Assembly (NCBI GenBank): GCA_965207885.1
Contig: OZ242311.1
Location: 2,432,001 to 2,496,000, forward strand
Length of the DNA: 64,000 nt
Direction of reading: 5' to 3'
DNA from: Candidatus Latescibacterota bacterium
GTDB taxonomy: Bacteria; Latescibacterota; UBA2968
Positions 29,021 through 37,932 of the stretch are shown here, one piece after another; positions within the stretch are counted from its first letter, which is position 1, and every line of letters starts with the position of its first letter. Both the position numbers and the translations under genes were made by a program. The notes below the pieces were generated by a model. The model was given only the letters and a program-made list of their open reading frames with translations, ran no database searches and was not told the DNA's origin.

Positions 29021-30895
29021 GTGTCGATGAAGAAGCAAACCCCGGAAGCCATCCTGGCTGGATTTGAGAAACGGGTGGATGCAATGTTCCGCGCAGAATC
29101 GGGCACCCCCCTGGTGCGCGCCAAGAAGCAGAAACCACTCGGCCTGGGGCGCGGTAACTACGTTCGAGCCTACTCCTATTCCATCATGGCGTTTGCCGCG
29201 CGCTGCCTGTATCTAGGCGAGATGCTGGATGAGGCAAATGCCGCACTGGCCGAAAATGCCCAGCACTACCTCGATAACCCAAAGGACATAAATGACCGCG
29301 ACAGTTTCCACTGGCATGCGGAAATCGTCATGCGGCTGATCGAGATGTACGGCACCAACGGGACGGAGCATCCTGGCCGCATCACCAAAGAGACCGAGGC
29401 CTTCGCGCTCAAACCGGTCTGGCTTTATGCCAAAATGTGCTCGTGGCTAAGCAAGGCGGAGGTCAAGGACTCGCAGACCTGGCACATTTACGGGTCCGAG
29501 AACCATCATGCCATGGACTTCACGGTGAATTGGCACTTCTCCAAGCTCGCCAGGAATCTGCCCGAATATAGGAACCTCAAGTTTGATGACGGCGCCACGG
29601 CCGAGGATCACTACCGCGCCTGGAACGAGTACTTCATCGCTTACTGCCGTGAACGGGCCCGCAAGAGCCTGTGTATCGAAATGATGAGCGATGGATATAA
29701 CGCCACGCTGATCAGAGGATTCTATAACTTCTACGACTTCGGTGGTCCACCAGTACAGCGCTCGGCCGGGATGTTCCTCGATCTCTACTTTGCTTACTGG
29801 GCGCAAGAGCAGATTGGTGGGCATATGGGTGGCGGCGGGTCACGCAGAAAGGGGGAGAAAGCGTTCTACCAGAACCGGGATCACGGAAACGCTCCGTTGG
29901 CCTGGTTCTACTTCGCCATCGGCAAGCAACCAACGGTCAATGGTCATGACGTCAACGCTGCACTCAGCGCTTACCGCCCCCCGACCGTAGTGGCCGATAT
30001 CGCGTCCGACGTAAAGGGACGCGGCCGCTACGAAGTGCGACAGCGTACACAGGGTCTCGGGAAACAAGGCCATTCGTTTCCCATGGTGGCAGTTGCGAGC
30101 AAAGCGCCGAATCAATTGCGAACCGACGGTGGTGGCATTCTGCGCTACAGTTTCTGTGACTCTGCCTTCATCCTGGGTACCCCAATGACCGAGGCGCGAC
30201 CGCTGTCCGATTGGGTCGCGATCAGCGCACAGAATCGTTGGCAGGGTGTGATCTTTGCCGGCGAAGACGATGCCCGCATCGTTCCTCTTGTGCGTCCCGA
30301 GGACAACAGGGTCGTTCTCAATGCTCAGTGGTCCGTCCAAAGCAAGGGTAGCCTAATCACACAGAAGCTCAAGTACCACAAGGGTGGCGCCGAGATGAAC
30401 GTCTGGATGTCGGAAAAAGGCTTGAGCGCACCAGTTGAGGAAGATGGTGTGGTATTTGTGGAAGCAGAAGGCGCATGGGCAGCTATTCGCGTGTCCGATG
30501 GAGGCTTCATGTGGAAGGAGGGCTCATACACCGTCAAGGCTGAAGATGGCAGTACACGTAAGACGCCTCCCGGAAGGATCATGGCGCTTAAGGGCGAATA
30601 CGCCCCCATCATTCTCGAGGTTATGGCCAAGAGCGATCTCGATAGCTTCGACACGTTCAAAGCGAAGGTAAAAGGTTGTGAGATGAGCATGGATGGAGCC
30701 ATTCTTAGATACACCACGATCTACAGCGACCTGTTGACCTTCGACACCAGCTTTGAGAAAACGCCCAGCATTAACGGCAAGCCAGTCAACTACGCCCCGA
30801 AGAAGGTCTTTGAAAGCCCTTTTCTTAATGCCGACTACAATAGTGGTATCGTCACCATTAGTAAGGGTAAGCGGAAGAAGGTGTTGGAATTCTGA
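29021..30895 (+). CDS. Conserved hypothetical protein (possible carbohydrate-active enzyme)
   Basis: 624-aa ORF, GGAG RBS with GTG start; GSENHHAM and SAQNRWQG motifs; family not confidently identified. Confidence 0.6.
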   Translation: MSMKKQTPEAILAGFEKRVDAMFRAESGTPLVRAKKQKPLGLGRGNYVRAYSYSIMAFAARCLYLGEMLDEANAALAENAQHYLDNPKDINDRDSFHWHAEIVMRLIEMYGTNGTEHPGRITKETEAFALKPVWLYAKMCSWLSKAEVKDSQTWHIYGSENHHAMDFTVNWHFSKLARNLPEYRNLKFDDGATAEDHYRAWNEYFIAYCRERARKSLCIEMMSDGYNATLIRGFYNFYDFGGPPVQRSAGMFLDLYFAYWAQEQIGGHMGGGGSRRKGEKAFYQNRDHGNAPLAWFYFAIGKQPTVNGHDVNAALSAYRPPTVVADIASDVKGRGRYEVRQRTQGLGKQGHSFPMVAVASKAPNQLRTDGGGILRYSFCDSAFILGTPMTEARPLSDWVAISAQNRWQGVIFAGEDDARIVPLVRPEDNRVVLNAQWSVQSKGSLITQKLKYHKGGAEMNVWMSEKGLSAPVEEDGVVFVEAEGAWAAIRVSDGGFMWKEGSYTVKAEDGSTRKTPPGRIMALKGEYAPIILEVMAKSDLDSFDTFKAKVKGCEMSMDGAILRYTTIYSDLLTFDTSFEKTPSINGKPVNYAPKKVFESPFLNADYNSGIVTISKGKRKKVLEF

Positions 30896-30911
30896 TTGCT
30901 GGGAGTGATAT

Positions 30912-31637
30912 ATGGGCGTAATGACAGATGAACAGAAGAAGCACTTTCGCGAAGCAGGATATCTGCTGGTGTCGGGTTTGATTCCCGAGCATGTGGTTCG
31001 CAAGGCTGAAGACGCGATGTGGGCGGCGTTGGAAATGGACCGTGACGACTCTGAAACCTGGGGGCGTGTGTCCGTGCATGCGATCAATCAACAGCATCGT
31101 GCATCGCCAGAAAATCGAATGTTGAGTTCGCCGGATATCCTGGCGTGTTATACAGATGATATTTTGATCGCAGTTTCTGAATTGACTGGTGTAGATCGCG
31201 AGGATATCCACGCGCCGACGCAGGTTATGACTCAGAACGCGTTTCCGACGGAAGGTGAATGGAGCCACTTGAAACCTCACCTGGATGGTGGATCCGATCC
31301 GGTAAAGTACAATCGTCCGACGTTTCCCATTCCAATCCTGGTGCATTCAATTCTGTATCTGAGTGATACAGCACCGCACGGGGGATGCACGTTTGGATGG
31401 CCTGGTTCACATCAAAAGCTTCAGGGTATTGCAGAGGACAACCCAGAGAAATATCCCTACTTGTGGGACGTGAATTCGGGTAAGGACACGGTAGATATTG
31501 GTGAAGGTGTGGAATTGGTGGCAAAGCGTGGAGACATTCTGTTTTACCAAAACTTTTTTTTGCATGCAGGAAGCAAGAATATCAATGACTATCCTCGGCT
31601 TGCATGTCGTAATACATGGAAGTGGAAGGCTGTATGA
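30912..31637 (+). CDS. PhyH-family dioxygenase
   Basis: FREAGYLLV, PHLDG, GWPGSH, RGDILF..LHAGSKN..PR. Confidence 0.85.
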   Translation: MGVMTDEQKKHFREAGYLLVSGLIPEHVVRKAEDAMWAALEMDRDDSETWGRVSVHAINQQHRASPENRMLSSPDILACYTDDILIAVSELTGVDREDIHAPTQVMTQNAFPTEGEWSHLKPHLDGGSDPVKYNRPTFPIPILVHSILYLSDTAPHGGCTFGWPGSHQKLQGIAEDNPEKYPYLWDVNSGKDTVDIGEGVELVAKRGDILFYQNFFLHAGSKNINDYPRLACRNTWKWKAV

Positions 31638-31911
31638 GTGAAACAAAGAGCAGACTGGATGTTGGAGATCTCGGCGAGGAAAACATGGAATCAGACGGCA
31701 AAATACGAGATGGTAAATCGGAACATCATATGACATTTGTCTTTGGGAAATGACGTTTTGTGGTTTTGAGCAGGAGACCATTCAACAGGAATACAAGCAA
31801 ATTCTCGATGCCTGGGAATCTGTTAAGAATTCAGATTTTTCAACTTGAGCCGGAGTAACAAATGGAGATCAGATAGGACTCGAACTTTCCACAAATAATC
31901 TGTTCAAATTA

Positions 31912-31948
31912 GAAAAATGCCGCGAGAAGAAATCTCACGGCATTTTTT
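31912..31948. terminator. Terminator/REP-like palindrome
   Basis: GAAAAATGCCGCGAGA..TCTCACGGCATTTTT; related to 28958-28994. Confidence 0.6.
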
Positions 31949-32035
31949 AGATTGTTTTTTTATAATTGTTTTTCTTGCTATTTGCCCAAAAATAACTATA
32001 ATTCTCATTTAATAATCATTTTTCCGGGATGTGCT

Positions 32036-33553
32036 ATGGCTAAACACCACCAAAATCAATCGCTATACAGGTTCGCGGGGTATGCGGCACTGATTGAACA
32101 GTATGACCTCGACGTCATCCCGAATTGGCACACGTCTATGGTGATTATTAGAGGAACCCACAGGATTGATTCCCTTGGGGGGATCATCAAAGAAGTCTAT
32201 CCATCCCGGTACTGGCCCGGGGAGACATTGGGCGACCATCTGGAATTTGCACTCAAATACGATGGGACGAATCTCGCAATTCTCGCCAGCTTGTTCGAGA
32301 AAGTATCAGAGGATGATTTCCTCGACTATGTCTGCTCGAAACCGACCGGTAAGTATGCCAGGCGACTGTGGTTTTTCTATGAGTTCCTGACCGGGAAGCT
32401 ACTCCCGCTGGATGACCTGAACCGGGGAAATTACATCGATCTCCTCGAATCAGATGCCTATTATACGGTCGGGCCTGCCCGCAAGGTTCGCCGTCAGCGG
32501 ATCAACAATAATCTGCCTGGTGAACGCCGATTCTGTCCCACAATTCGTCGCACCGATATTCTTCGAGACTTTGAAACGAAAGCGTTGCATACCAGATGCC
32601 AACAAGTCGTGTCTCGATACGCGCCAGAATTGTTGAAACGCGCGCTCAGCTACCTGTACACCAAGGAAACGAAATCGTCTTATGAAATCGAACGCATCAC
32701 CCCTTCCTCAACCCGAACCGAACGCTTCATAGCACTGCTCCAACTGGCCGAGCAAGAGGATTTTTGTCGAAAACCGCGGTTGATTGACTTACAGAACCGC
32801 ATCGTTGACGCCCGGTTCCAGGATCCCGATTATCGAATGACCCAAAATTACGTCGGACAAACTGTGGCTTGGCAAAGAGAACATATTCACTTTGTGGCCC
32901 CAAAGCCCGACGATTTAGCTGGTCTTATGGAAGGTCTCATAGCCACCCACAAACGCATGGAAGCCGGTGGTGTTCCACCCGTGATTCAAGCTGCTGCCAT
33001 TGCCTATGGATTCGTCTTTCTACACCCTTTTGAGGATGGCAATGGTCGTATCCACCGCTTCTTGATCCACAATATTCTCGCTCGGCGAGGCTTTACACCC
33101 GAAAGCGTTATGTTTCCCATATCGGCGGTCATGCTGAAGAATCCATCCGACTACGACGCTTCGCTGGATGCGTTCTCCCGACAACTCATGCCTCTGGTGG
33201 AATACACCCTGGAACAGGATGGACGCTTGACTGTGCATAACGATACCGCGATATGGTACCGCTATATCGACCTGACCCCCCAGGCAGAGGCTCTGTTTCG
33301 GTTTATCGACCAGACCATTGATACCGAACTCGCCGACGAACTGGCCTTCCTGGCCAACTACGATGCGGCCAAACAAGCGATCCAAAATACCGTAGATATG
33401 CCCGACAGACAGATTGATCTTTTCATTCGCTTCTGTCTCCAAAACAACGGCCGCCTGTCCGCACGAAAACGCGCAAGCCACTTTGATTATCTGACAGATG
33501 AAGAAATTGATACTATGGAACAGGCTGTGCAATTTTCTGAGAGGTCTTCTTGA
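32036..33553 (+). CDS. Fic-family protein (long type)
   Basis: HPFEDGNGRIHR Fic motif; KETKSSYEIE inhibitory-like helix. Confidence 0.9.
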   Translation: MAKHHQNQSLYRFAGYAALIEQYDLDVIPNWHTSMVIIRGTHRIDSLGGIIKEVYPSRYWPGETLGDHLEFALKYDGTNLAILASLFEKVSEDDFLDYVCSKPTGKYARRLWFFYEFLTGKLLPLDDLNRGNYIDLLESDAYYTVGPARKVRRQRINNNLPGERRFCPTIRRTDILRDFETKALHTRCQQVVSRYAPELLKRALSYLYTKETKSSYEIERITPSSTRTERFIALLQLAEQEDFCRKPRLIDLQNRIVDARFQDPDYRMTQNYVGQTVAWQREHIHFVAPKPDDLAGLMEGLIATHKRMEAGGVPPVIQAAAIAYGFVFLHPFEDGNGRIHRFLIHNILARRGFTPESVMFPISAVMLKNPSDYDASLDAFSRQLMPLVEYTLEQDGRLTVHNDTAIWYRYIDLTPQAEALFRFIDQTIDTELADELAFLANYDAAKQAIQNTVDMPDRQIDLFIRFCLQNNGRLSARKRASHFDYLTDEEIDTMEQAVQFSERSS

Positions 33554-33662
33554 CGATGATCAAGCAATATCGCGGACGATGCTTCAAAGAATCGCGATCG
33601 CATTGAATCAAAGGGGCGAGATTAATTTTGTACCAGTGGAAGGGCAACAAGAGGTCGTGTAA
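33552..33662 (+). pseudogene. C-terminal remnant of an XRE/HigA-like HTH antitoxin
   Basis: SRTMLQRIAIALNQRGEINFVP* resembles the 'SLSMLQRIA.AL..RVEIRFVP' ending; N-terminus absent. Confidence 0.45.
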
Positions 33663-33919
33663 AAGTAGCGGGATGAATAGCGGAATCTGTCCGTAGAAAC
33701 GGGGTAACTCCACTCTCGTGTTGGGTTGGATTTACCCCGTTTGGATTTACCCCGTTTTTAGTGTATAATTTAGAAGGTTCACCTCAATCATCCTGTGCCA
33801 TCAGTTTTTCATAGGTGATGGGTAATTGAAATGTTATACATCAAATCGGGTCAAGTCCATGTTGATAGACTTTGACCTTTGGATAGGTGGAGCAACAAAT
33901 TTTTGACTGGAGGCAGAAC

Positions 33920-34111
33920 GTGAAATTTTCAGTGAATTTATCTGAAAATGAGGTCAAACGCCTACAGGCGACCGCTAAGCGACTGAATGTTCCTGTGGAG
34001 AAATTGGCTAAGGCAGCATTAACCGACCTTTTACATTCGGATGTAGATTTTGAGCACGCTGCGGAGCATGTTCTAAAGAAGAATCGGGAACTCTATCGAA
34101 GGTTGAGTTGA
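33920..34111 (+). CDS. Small DNA-binding antitoxin partner of Doc
   Basis: GGAGG RBS with GTG; ends VLKKNRELYRRLS; overlaps the toxin start. Confidence 0.75.
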   Translation: MKFSVNLSENEVKRLQATAKRLNVPVEKLAKAALTDLLHSDVDFEHAAEHVLKKNRELYRRLS

Positions 34112-34497
34112 TGCGTTATATCAGTCTGAGTGAAGTGTTAGAACTTCATCGGCGTATTATTGAAGAAAGTGGCGGATCGACGGGGTTGCGTGACCTCGGC
34201 GGATTGGAATCAGCCATCACCCAGCCCCGTATGACGTTTGGAGGTCGTGATCTTTACCCGACTCTGATTGAAAAAGCAGCCGCATTGTGTTTTTCTCTGG
34301 TTCAAAATCACCCGTTCATTGATGGAAACAAGCGAGTAGGGCATGCCGCTATGGAAGTCATGCTAATTCTGAATGGGTATGAAATTTATGCTCCCGTAGA
34401 TGATCAGGAACAGGTCATTTTAGAACTTGCTTCAGGGGATGTTTCTCGTGATAAACTGATCGAATGGTTGACAGATCCTATTGATGAAGTGAGATAA
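34111..34497 (+). CDS. doc: Death-on-curing (Doc) family toxin
   Basis: GLRDLGGLESA, EKAAAL, NHPFIDGNKR. Confidence 0.9.
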   Translation: MRYISLSEVLELHRRIIEESGGSTGLRDLGGLESAITQPRMTFGGRDLYPTLIEKAAALCFSLVQNHPFIDGNKRVGHAAMEVMLILNGYEIYAPVDDQEQVILELASGDVSRDKLIEWLTDPIDEVR

Positions 34498-35189
34498 TGG
34501 CAAAACAAAAGGCCGTAAGTGTTGCTTTGTGGGAGCAAAAACTCACGACCTTTGAAGAATTATATAATGAAGCCACACCAGAGGAACGGAAAGACCTCTT
34601 AAGACTGCATATCAACCACCTGGTCTATACCCCTGACGGGATTCAACTCGCCTTATTTGATCCCAGTAACGAAGCAGATAGGCCCAAAGTTCAGCGAGAT
34701 GGCACGTCTGGCTCCCCAACCATTCCATCGACTGAACTTTTCTGTGTGTGGGATCACTTCCCCATCCATCACTTCCGCAGGAACAAGAAGCCCATCATCG
34801 CAATCGGTCATAAGCCACAAAAACAATTCGTTACTCAAAAACTGCACCATCCCAACTATCTCAAAAGAGCCACGTATTATCACGAACTTCTTGATAAGGG
34901 CTATGTTCAATCTCAGACCGAACTTGCCAAACAGGTGGGAATTTCGAGGACCAAAACCCGATTGATTCTACGGTTGCTCAAACTGGATGAGGAAATTAAA
35001 GACTTTATCCTGAGCTTGGATGATTCAGACCCAAGGCTGAGTGCTGTGGCTGTCTATCGGTTACAACCATTACTCCAGCTTAAAAGCAAGGAGAGACAAA
35101 GAAGGAAATTTTGGCAGATGATCGAGGACCAATATCCAGGGCAAAGCACCTGCTATGAGAAGATTGCGCTATCAAGATTTGATAGCTAA
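34497..35189 (+). pseudogene. Probable serine-recombinase C-terminal remnant joined to an HTH domain
   Basis: EERKDLLRLHINHLVYTPDGIQL resembles large serine recombinase tails; SQTELAKQVGISRTK HTH; no catalytic domain. Confidence 0.45.
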
Positions 35190-35285
35190 ATAAAATAGGC
35201 GATAATTTCTCTGTAACCTTAGACTCGATTCGTTTTGGTTTATAACAGCATAAAGGGTGCTTTCTGCACTATCCACGAAAACGGG

Positions 35286-35606
35286 TCAATTCCACCACCT
35301 TTGAAAATCATCTATCCGCTTATCCATCTGCTTTACTTCTCCTTTTGTTTCAGCCATTTCATTCGCCCCTTCCACCAGCCTTTTAGCAAACTCTCTGATT
35401 TCTGGCTTATTGGTGTCCTGGAATATTTTAAGGATTTCAGATGTTTGTGTTATATGTGTGAAATTGTTATTTATTTCTTCTATCTGCCCTTTTAGGAGGT
35501 CATTTTGTTCTCGCAGGAGATTAACTGTTTCATCATTCTTTTCATTTATTTGCCGAGATAGTGCAATAAATTCCTCAATGGCTTCGTCTAATCCTTCTTT
35601 GTCCAT
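35286..35606 (-). CDS. Hypothetical coiled-coil protein
   Basis: 106-aa helical heptad-rich ORF downstream of structured leader. Confidence 0.55.
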   Translation of the reverse strand: MDKEGLDEAIEEFIALSRQINEKNDETVNLLREQNDLLKGQIEEINNNFTHITQTSEILKIFQDTNKPEIREFAKRLVEGANEMAETKGEVKQMDKRIDDFQRWWN

Positions 35607-35629
35607 ATTGTCACGTCTTTCTAAATTTA

Positions 35630-35986
35630 TGTGAATCGTGTGAAAAAGACAGGCGAAAAAAAACGCAGTTATCTTTGCGTGGTGGTGACACCTTGCAACC
35701 GCAAGGTGTCGGGCAGAGGTTACCACTCGCGCAGAGATACTGCGGGAAATCCCACGTATTTACCAGAGATCGGGTAGCTAATCCGTTCTTATATCTGGTT
35801 CTTGTATTTGGCGGGCTACCCGACCTATCGGGCTGCCCAAGTGGTAACCGTATTCGTGTGAATCGTGTGAAAATAAAAAAGCCCTGACGGTATCCAGTCA
35901 ACATGCCGAATACCATGAGGGTATTCAGGGTTGTCCGCCAGGGCTAAAAAGTATATTCGTATGTCGATGCAATCGGCTGTTGACTG
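35630..35986 (-). ncRNA. Two tandem attenuator/antisense-type structured RNA elements (putative)
   Basis: Two multi-stem terminators with U-tracts, each with an upstream competing complementary strand and followed by the same 17-nt repeat. Confidence 0.5.
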
Positions 35987-36118
35987 AATACGCAAAATTT
36001 AATGTATCCAACATCGAAGGTCAATATCTTTTACACTTCTTTACAAACTACCCGCCTTTATTGCCACGGGAGTATAAAACAAATGCCGCGTATGTCAAAT
36101 GAGAGACAGACATCTTTG

Positions 36119-36445
36119 TTACAAAAGTTTTATGATGCCAGTTATTAGGGCAGAGGCGCCAAGAATTGCCATCACAATTTTAAATGTAAAATCTCGCCTA
36201 TCTCTGGTTTCTTCTTTTACCTTTTTCTCATAATTTTCAATGGCTTCTTCTGCTGTTTTAATATCCCTGACGGTGTTTGTCACTCCATCAAGGTTTTCTT
36301 CTATACCATCAAGCCTACTGTCAAGTTTGCGCAACCACTCCGTAACCATCCAAAATGTCTGTTCGTTGTCTTCAAATCCGGCTCCGGGAAACGAAGGTTG
36401 TTCACCGGGGGTTGTGGAGCCGCCGAGGTTTTTTCTATTTGTCAT
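36119..36445 (-). CDS. Hypothetical protein, coiled coil with C-terminal TM helix
   Basis: ATGA overlap with upstream gene; hydrophobic IVMAILGASALITGIIKLL end. Confidence 0.65.
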   Translation of the reverse strand: MTNRKNLGGSTTPGEQPSFPGAGFEDNEQTFWMVTEWLRKLDSRLDGIEENLDGVTNTVRDIKTAEEAIENYEKKVKEETRDRRDFTFKIVMAILGASALITGIIKLL

Positions 36446-36747
36446 TGTTGAACCCCCAGCCACTCCCAAAGGTCTCGGCTGGCATAGCCATAATATCCCC
36501 CACTAACGCGCACAATGAACCCTGATCCTATATCGCTACCGTCTCCATATCCAAGTTCTTCGCTTAACTCCCGCGCAGTTCCTGAGTATGTGACAAAATA
36601 AATGTCTGGCGCATGTACATCACACACCTGCACAGGGGGCGAAGGGGCCATGCTCTTGCCATTTTGACTCACCAGATTCTGAATCTTTGTTTGCAATGCC
36701 AGAGCTTCATCGTCGTCAATTTGCAATGGGACGATAGCGTACACCAT
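36442..36747 (-). CDS. Hypothetical small alpha/beta protein (YYGYA..LWEWL end)
   Basis: GAGGTG RBS; tightly coupled to both neighbours. Confidence 0.65.
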   Translation of the reverse strand: MVYAIVPLQIDDDEALALQTKIQNLVSQNGKSMAPSPPVQVCDVHAPDIYFVTYSGTARELSEELGYGDGSDIGSGFIVRVSGGYYGYASRDLWEWLGVQQ

Positions 36748-36752
36748 ATTAA

Positions 36753-37295
36753 TCACCTCTCCTCGCGAATAGGGTAATTTATTTTATCTATTTTATCCCA
36801 ATATTTTTGTATCCCTTTACACCTGGTTTTGATTGTTTCGGACGCCATTTCTGTAATTCCGCTGTTGTAAGGCATGATCTGTTCTTGGAGTTGTGCTAAA
36901 TGCTTTTTTAGTCGATCTAAGTTTTTTTTAAATTCTTGCCGGATTTCTTCTGCATCCATTTCCAGCGAATAAACCATAACGATTTCGCTTCTTACAACTG
37001 TCCCTTGCGGTGGGTTGGGAGACAGGACGTCTGGTTGCATTTGAAGTACGTATCGGTTACCTGTAAACGGCACATAAAATTTCACATGATCACCAGTTGG
37101 TGATATTGAAATACTCGATTCATCAATTCGAGGAATATCTATTGTATATATTGCTTTGATTTCTTTCAACAGGTCCTTCTGTTGATCACGCACAATATAT
37201 TCATCTTGCGCGTATATACTATTATGGATGCTGGTTGATCGGGATTCGAGGTAGTCTTCAAGACGTTGGCTATGTTCGTTGAATAAATCATTCAC
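36753..37295 (-). CDS. Hypothetical protein
   Basis: 180-aa ORF, GAGG RBS; VPFTG..PP.G motif followed by a long helical hairpin. Confidence 0.65.
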   Translation of the reverse strand: MNDLFNEHSQRLEDYLESRSTSIHNSIYAQDEYIVRDQQKDLLKEIKAIYTIDIPRIDESSISISPTGDHVKFYVPFTGNRYVLQMQPDVLSPNPPQGTVVRSEIVMVYSLEMDAEEIRQEFKKNLDRLKKHLAQLQEQIMPYNSGITEMASETIKTRCKGIQKYWDKIDKINYPIREER

Positions 37296-37370
37296 ATCTA
37301 AATCCTCTTTGGTTTGTGTGTTTACGCTGTGTCAAGTAAAAATAAACGTAATACGCCTAAACCGCAACCC

Positions 37371-37412
37371 CAAAAATAGCCCGGTTTCGGGAGGGAAACC
37401 GGGCTATTTTTG
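37371..37412. terminator. Bidirectional intrinsic terminator
   Basis: CAAAAATAGCCCGGTTTC-GGGAGG-GAAACCGGGCTATTTTTG perfect 18-bp stem. Confidence 0.8.
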
Positions 37413-37541
37413 TGCCCTATAAGTGCTGGCAGGTACTGTTTGCCGAAGTACTCGCCCGAGTTGTTTTTAATTCAAAAAGAAGTACATTAGGTACTTGACT
37501 GTGCCAGCAATTCATTTGGTCACTATCCTACATAATCTCCT

Positions 37542-37573
37542 AAAAAAAAGCCCCCTTTGAGGAGGCTTTTTTT
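37542..37573. terminator. Terminator downstream of tRNA-Asn
   Basis: A8-GCCCCCT..AGGAGGC-T7. Confidence 0.7.
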
Positions 37574-37665
37574 CATCTCGTTGTTATCTTCTACTTTTCT
37601 GTTTGGTTCGGTTAACCAAATGAAAACTTTTGAAGATAGATCAAATTTTAGCGAGAAGATATTCT

Positions 37666-37741
37666 TGGCTCCGGCGGTAGGACTCGAACCTACGACCCAG
37701 TGGTTAACAGCCACTTGCTCTGCCGACTGAGCTACGCCGGA
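37666..37741 (-). tRNA. tRNA-Asn(GTT)
   Basis: TCCGGCG acceptor, TAGCTCAG, GTGG-CTGTTAA-CCAC anticodon arm, GTTCGAG, CCA end; 76 nt. Confidence 0.96.
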
Positions 37742-37932
37742 ACGTCATATTTCCAATAGCGATGAAATCTACTGGAAGTGAATAGTAGTGTCAAGCGCAA
37801 TTTTTGACCCGTTGATTTTGCGGCGTCTGAATATCAGGGCATTCCTCTTGACATCCCTCTGGTGAACATCTATGTTTCCAGAGGTTAGCCCAACCACCCA
37901 ACCTACCAGCCCTCAGTCCCAGCCCCTTGCTT

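Larger units (their letters stand above)
31640..37665. mobile_element. Degraded genomic island 3' of tRNA-Asn (boundaries approximate)
   Basis: Lower-GC right half, toxin/antitoxin genes, gene remnants, recombinase fragment and orphan ORFs abutting the tRNA 3' end; no intact integrase. Confidence 0.55.

Noticed and set aside
35611-35916. 101-aa ORF as an Ash/Icd-like protein
   Set aside because: Overlaps the RNA stems, crosses a terminator, no RBS or convincing motif
31640-37665. Intact prophage or ICE
   Set aside because: No full integrase, structural or conjugation genes, and no long tRNA-end direct repeat found
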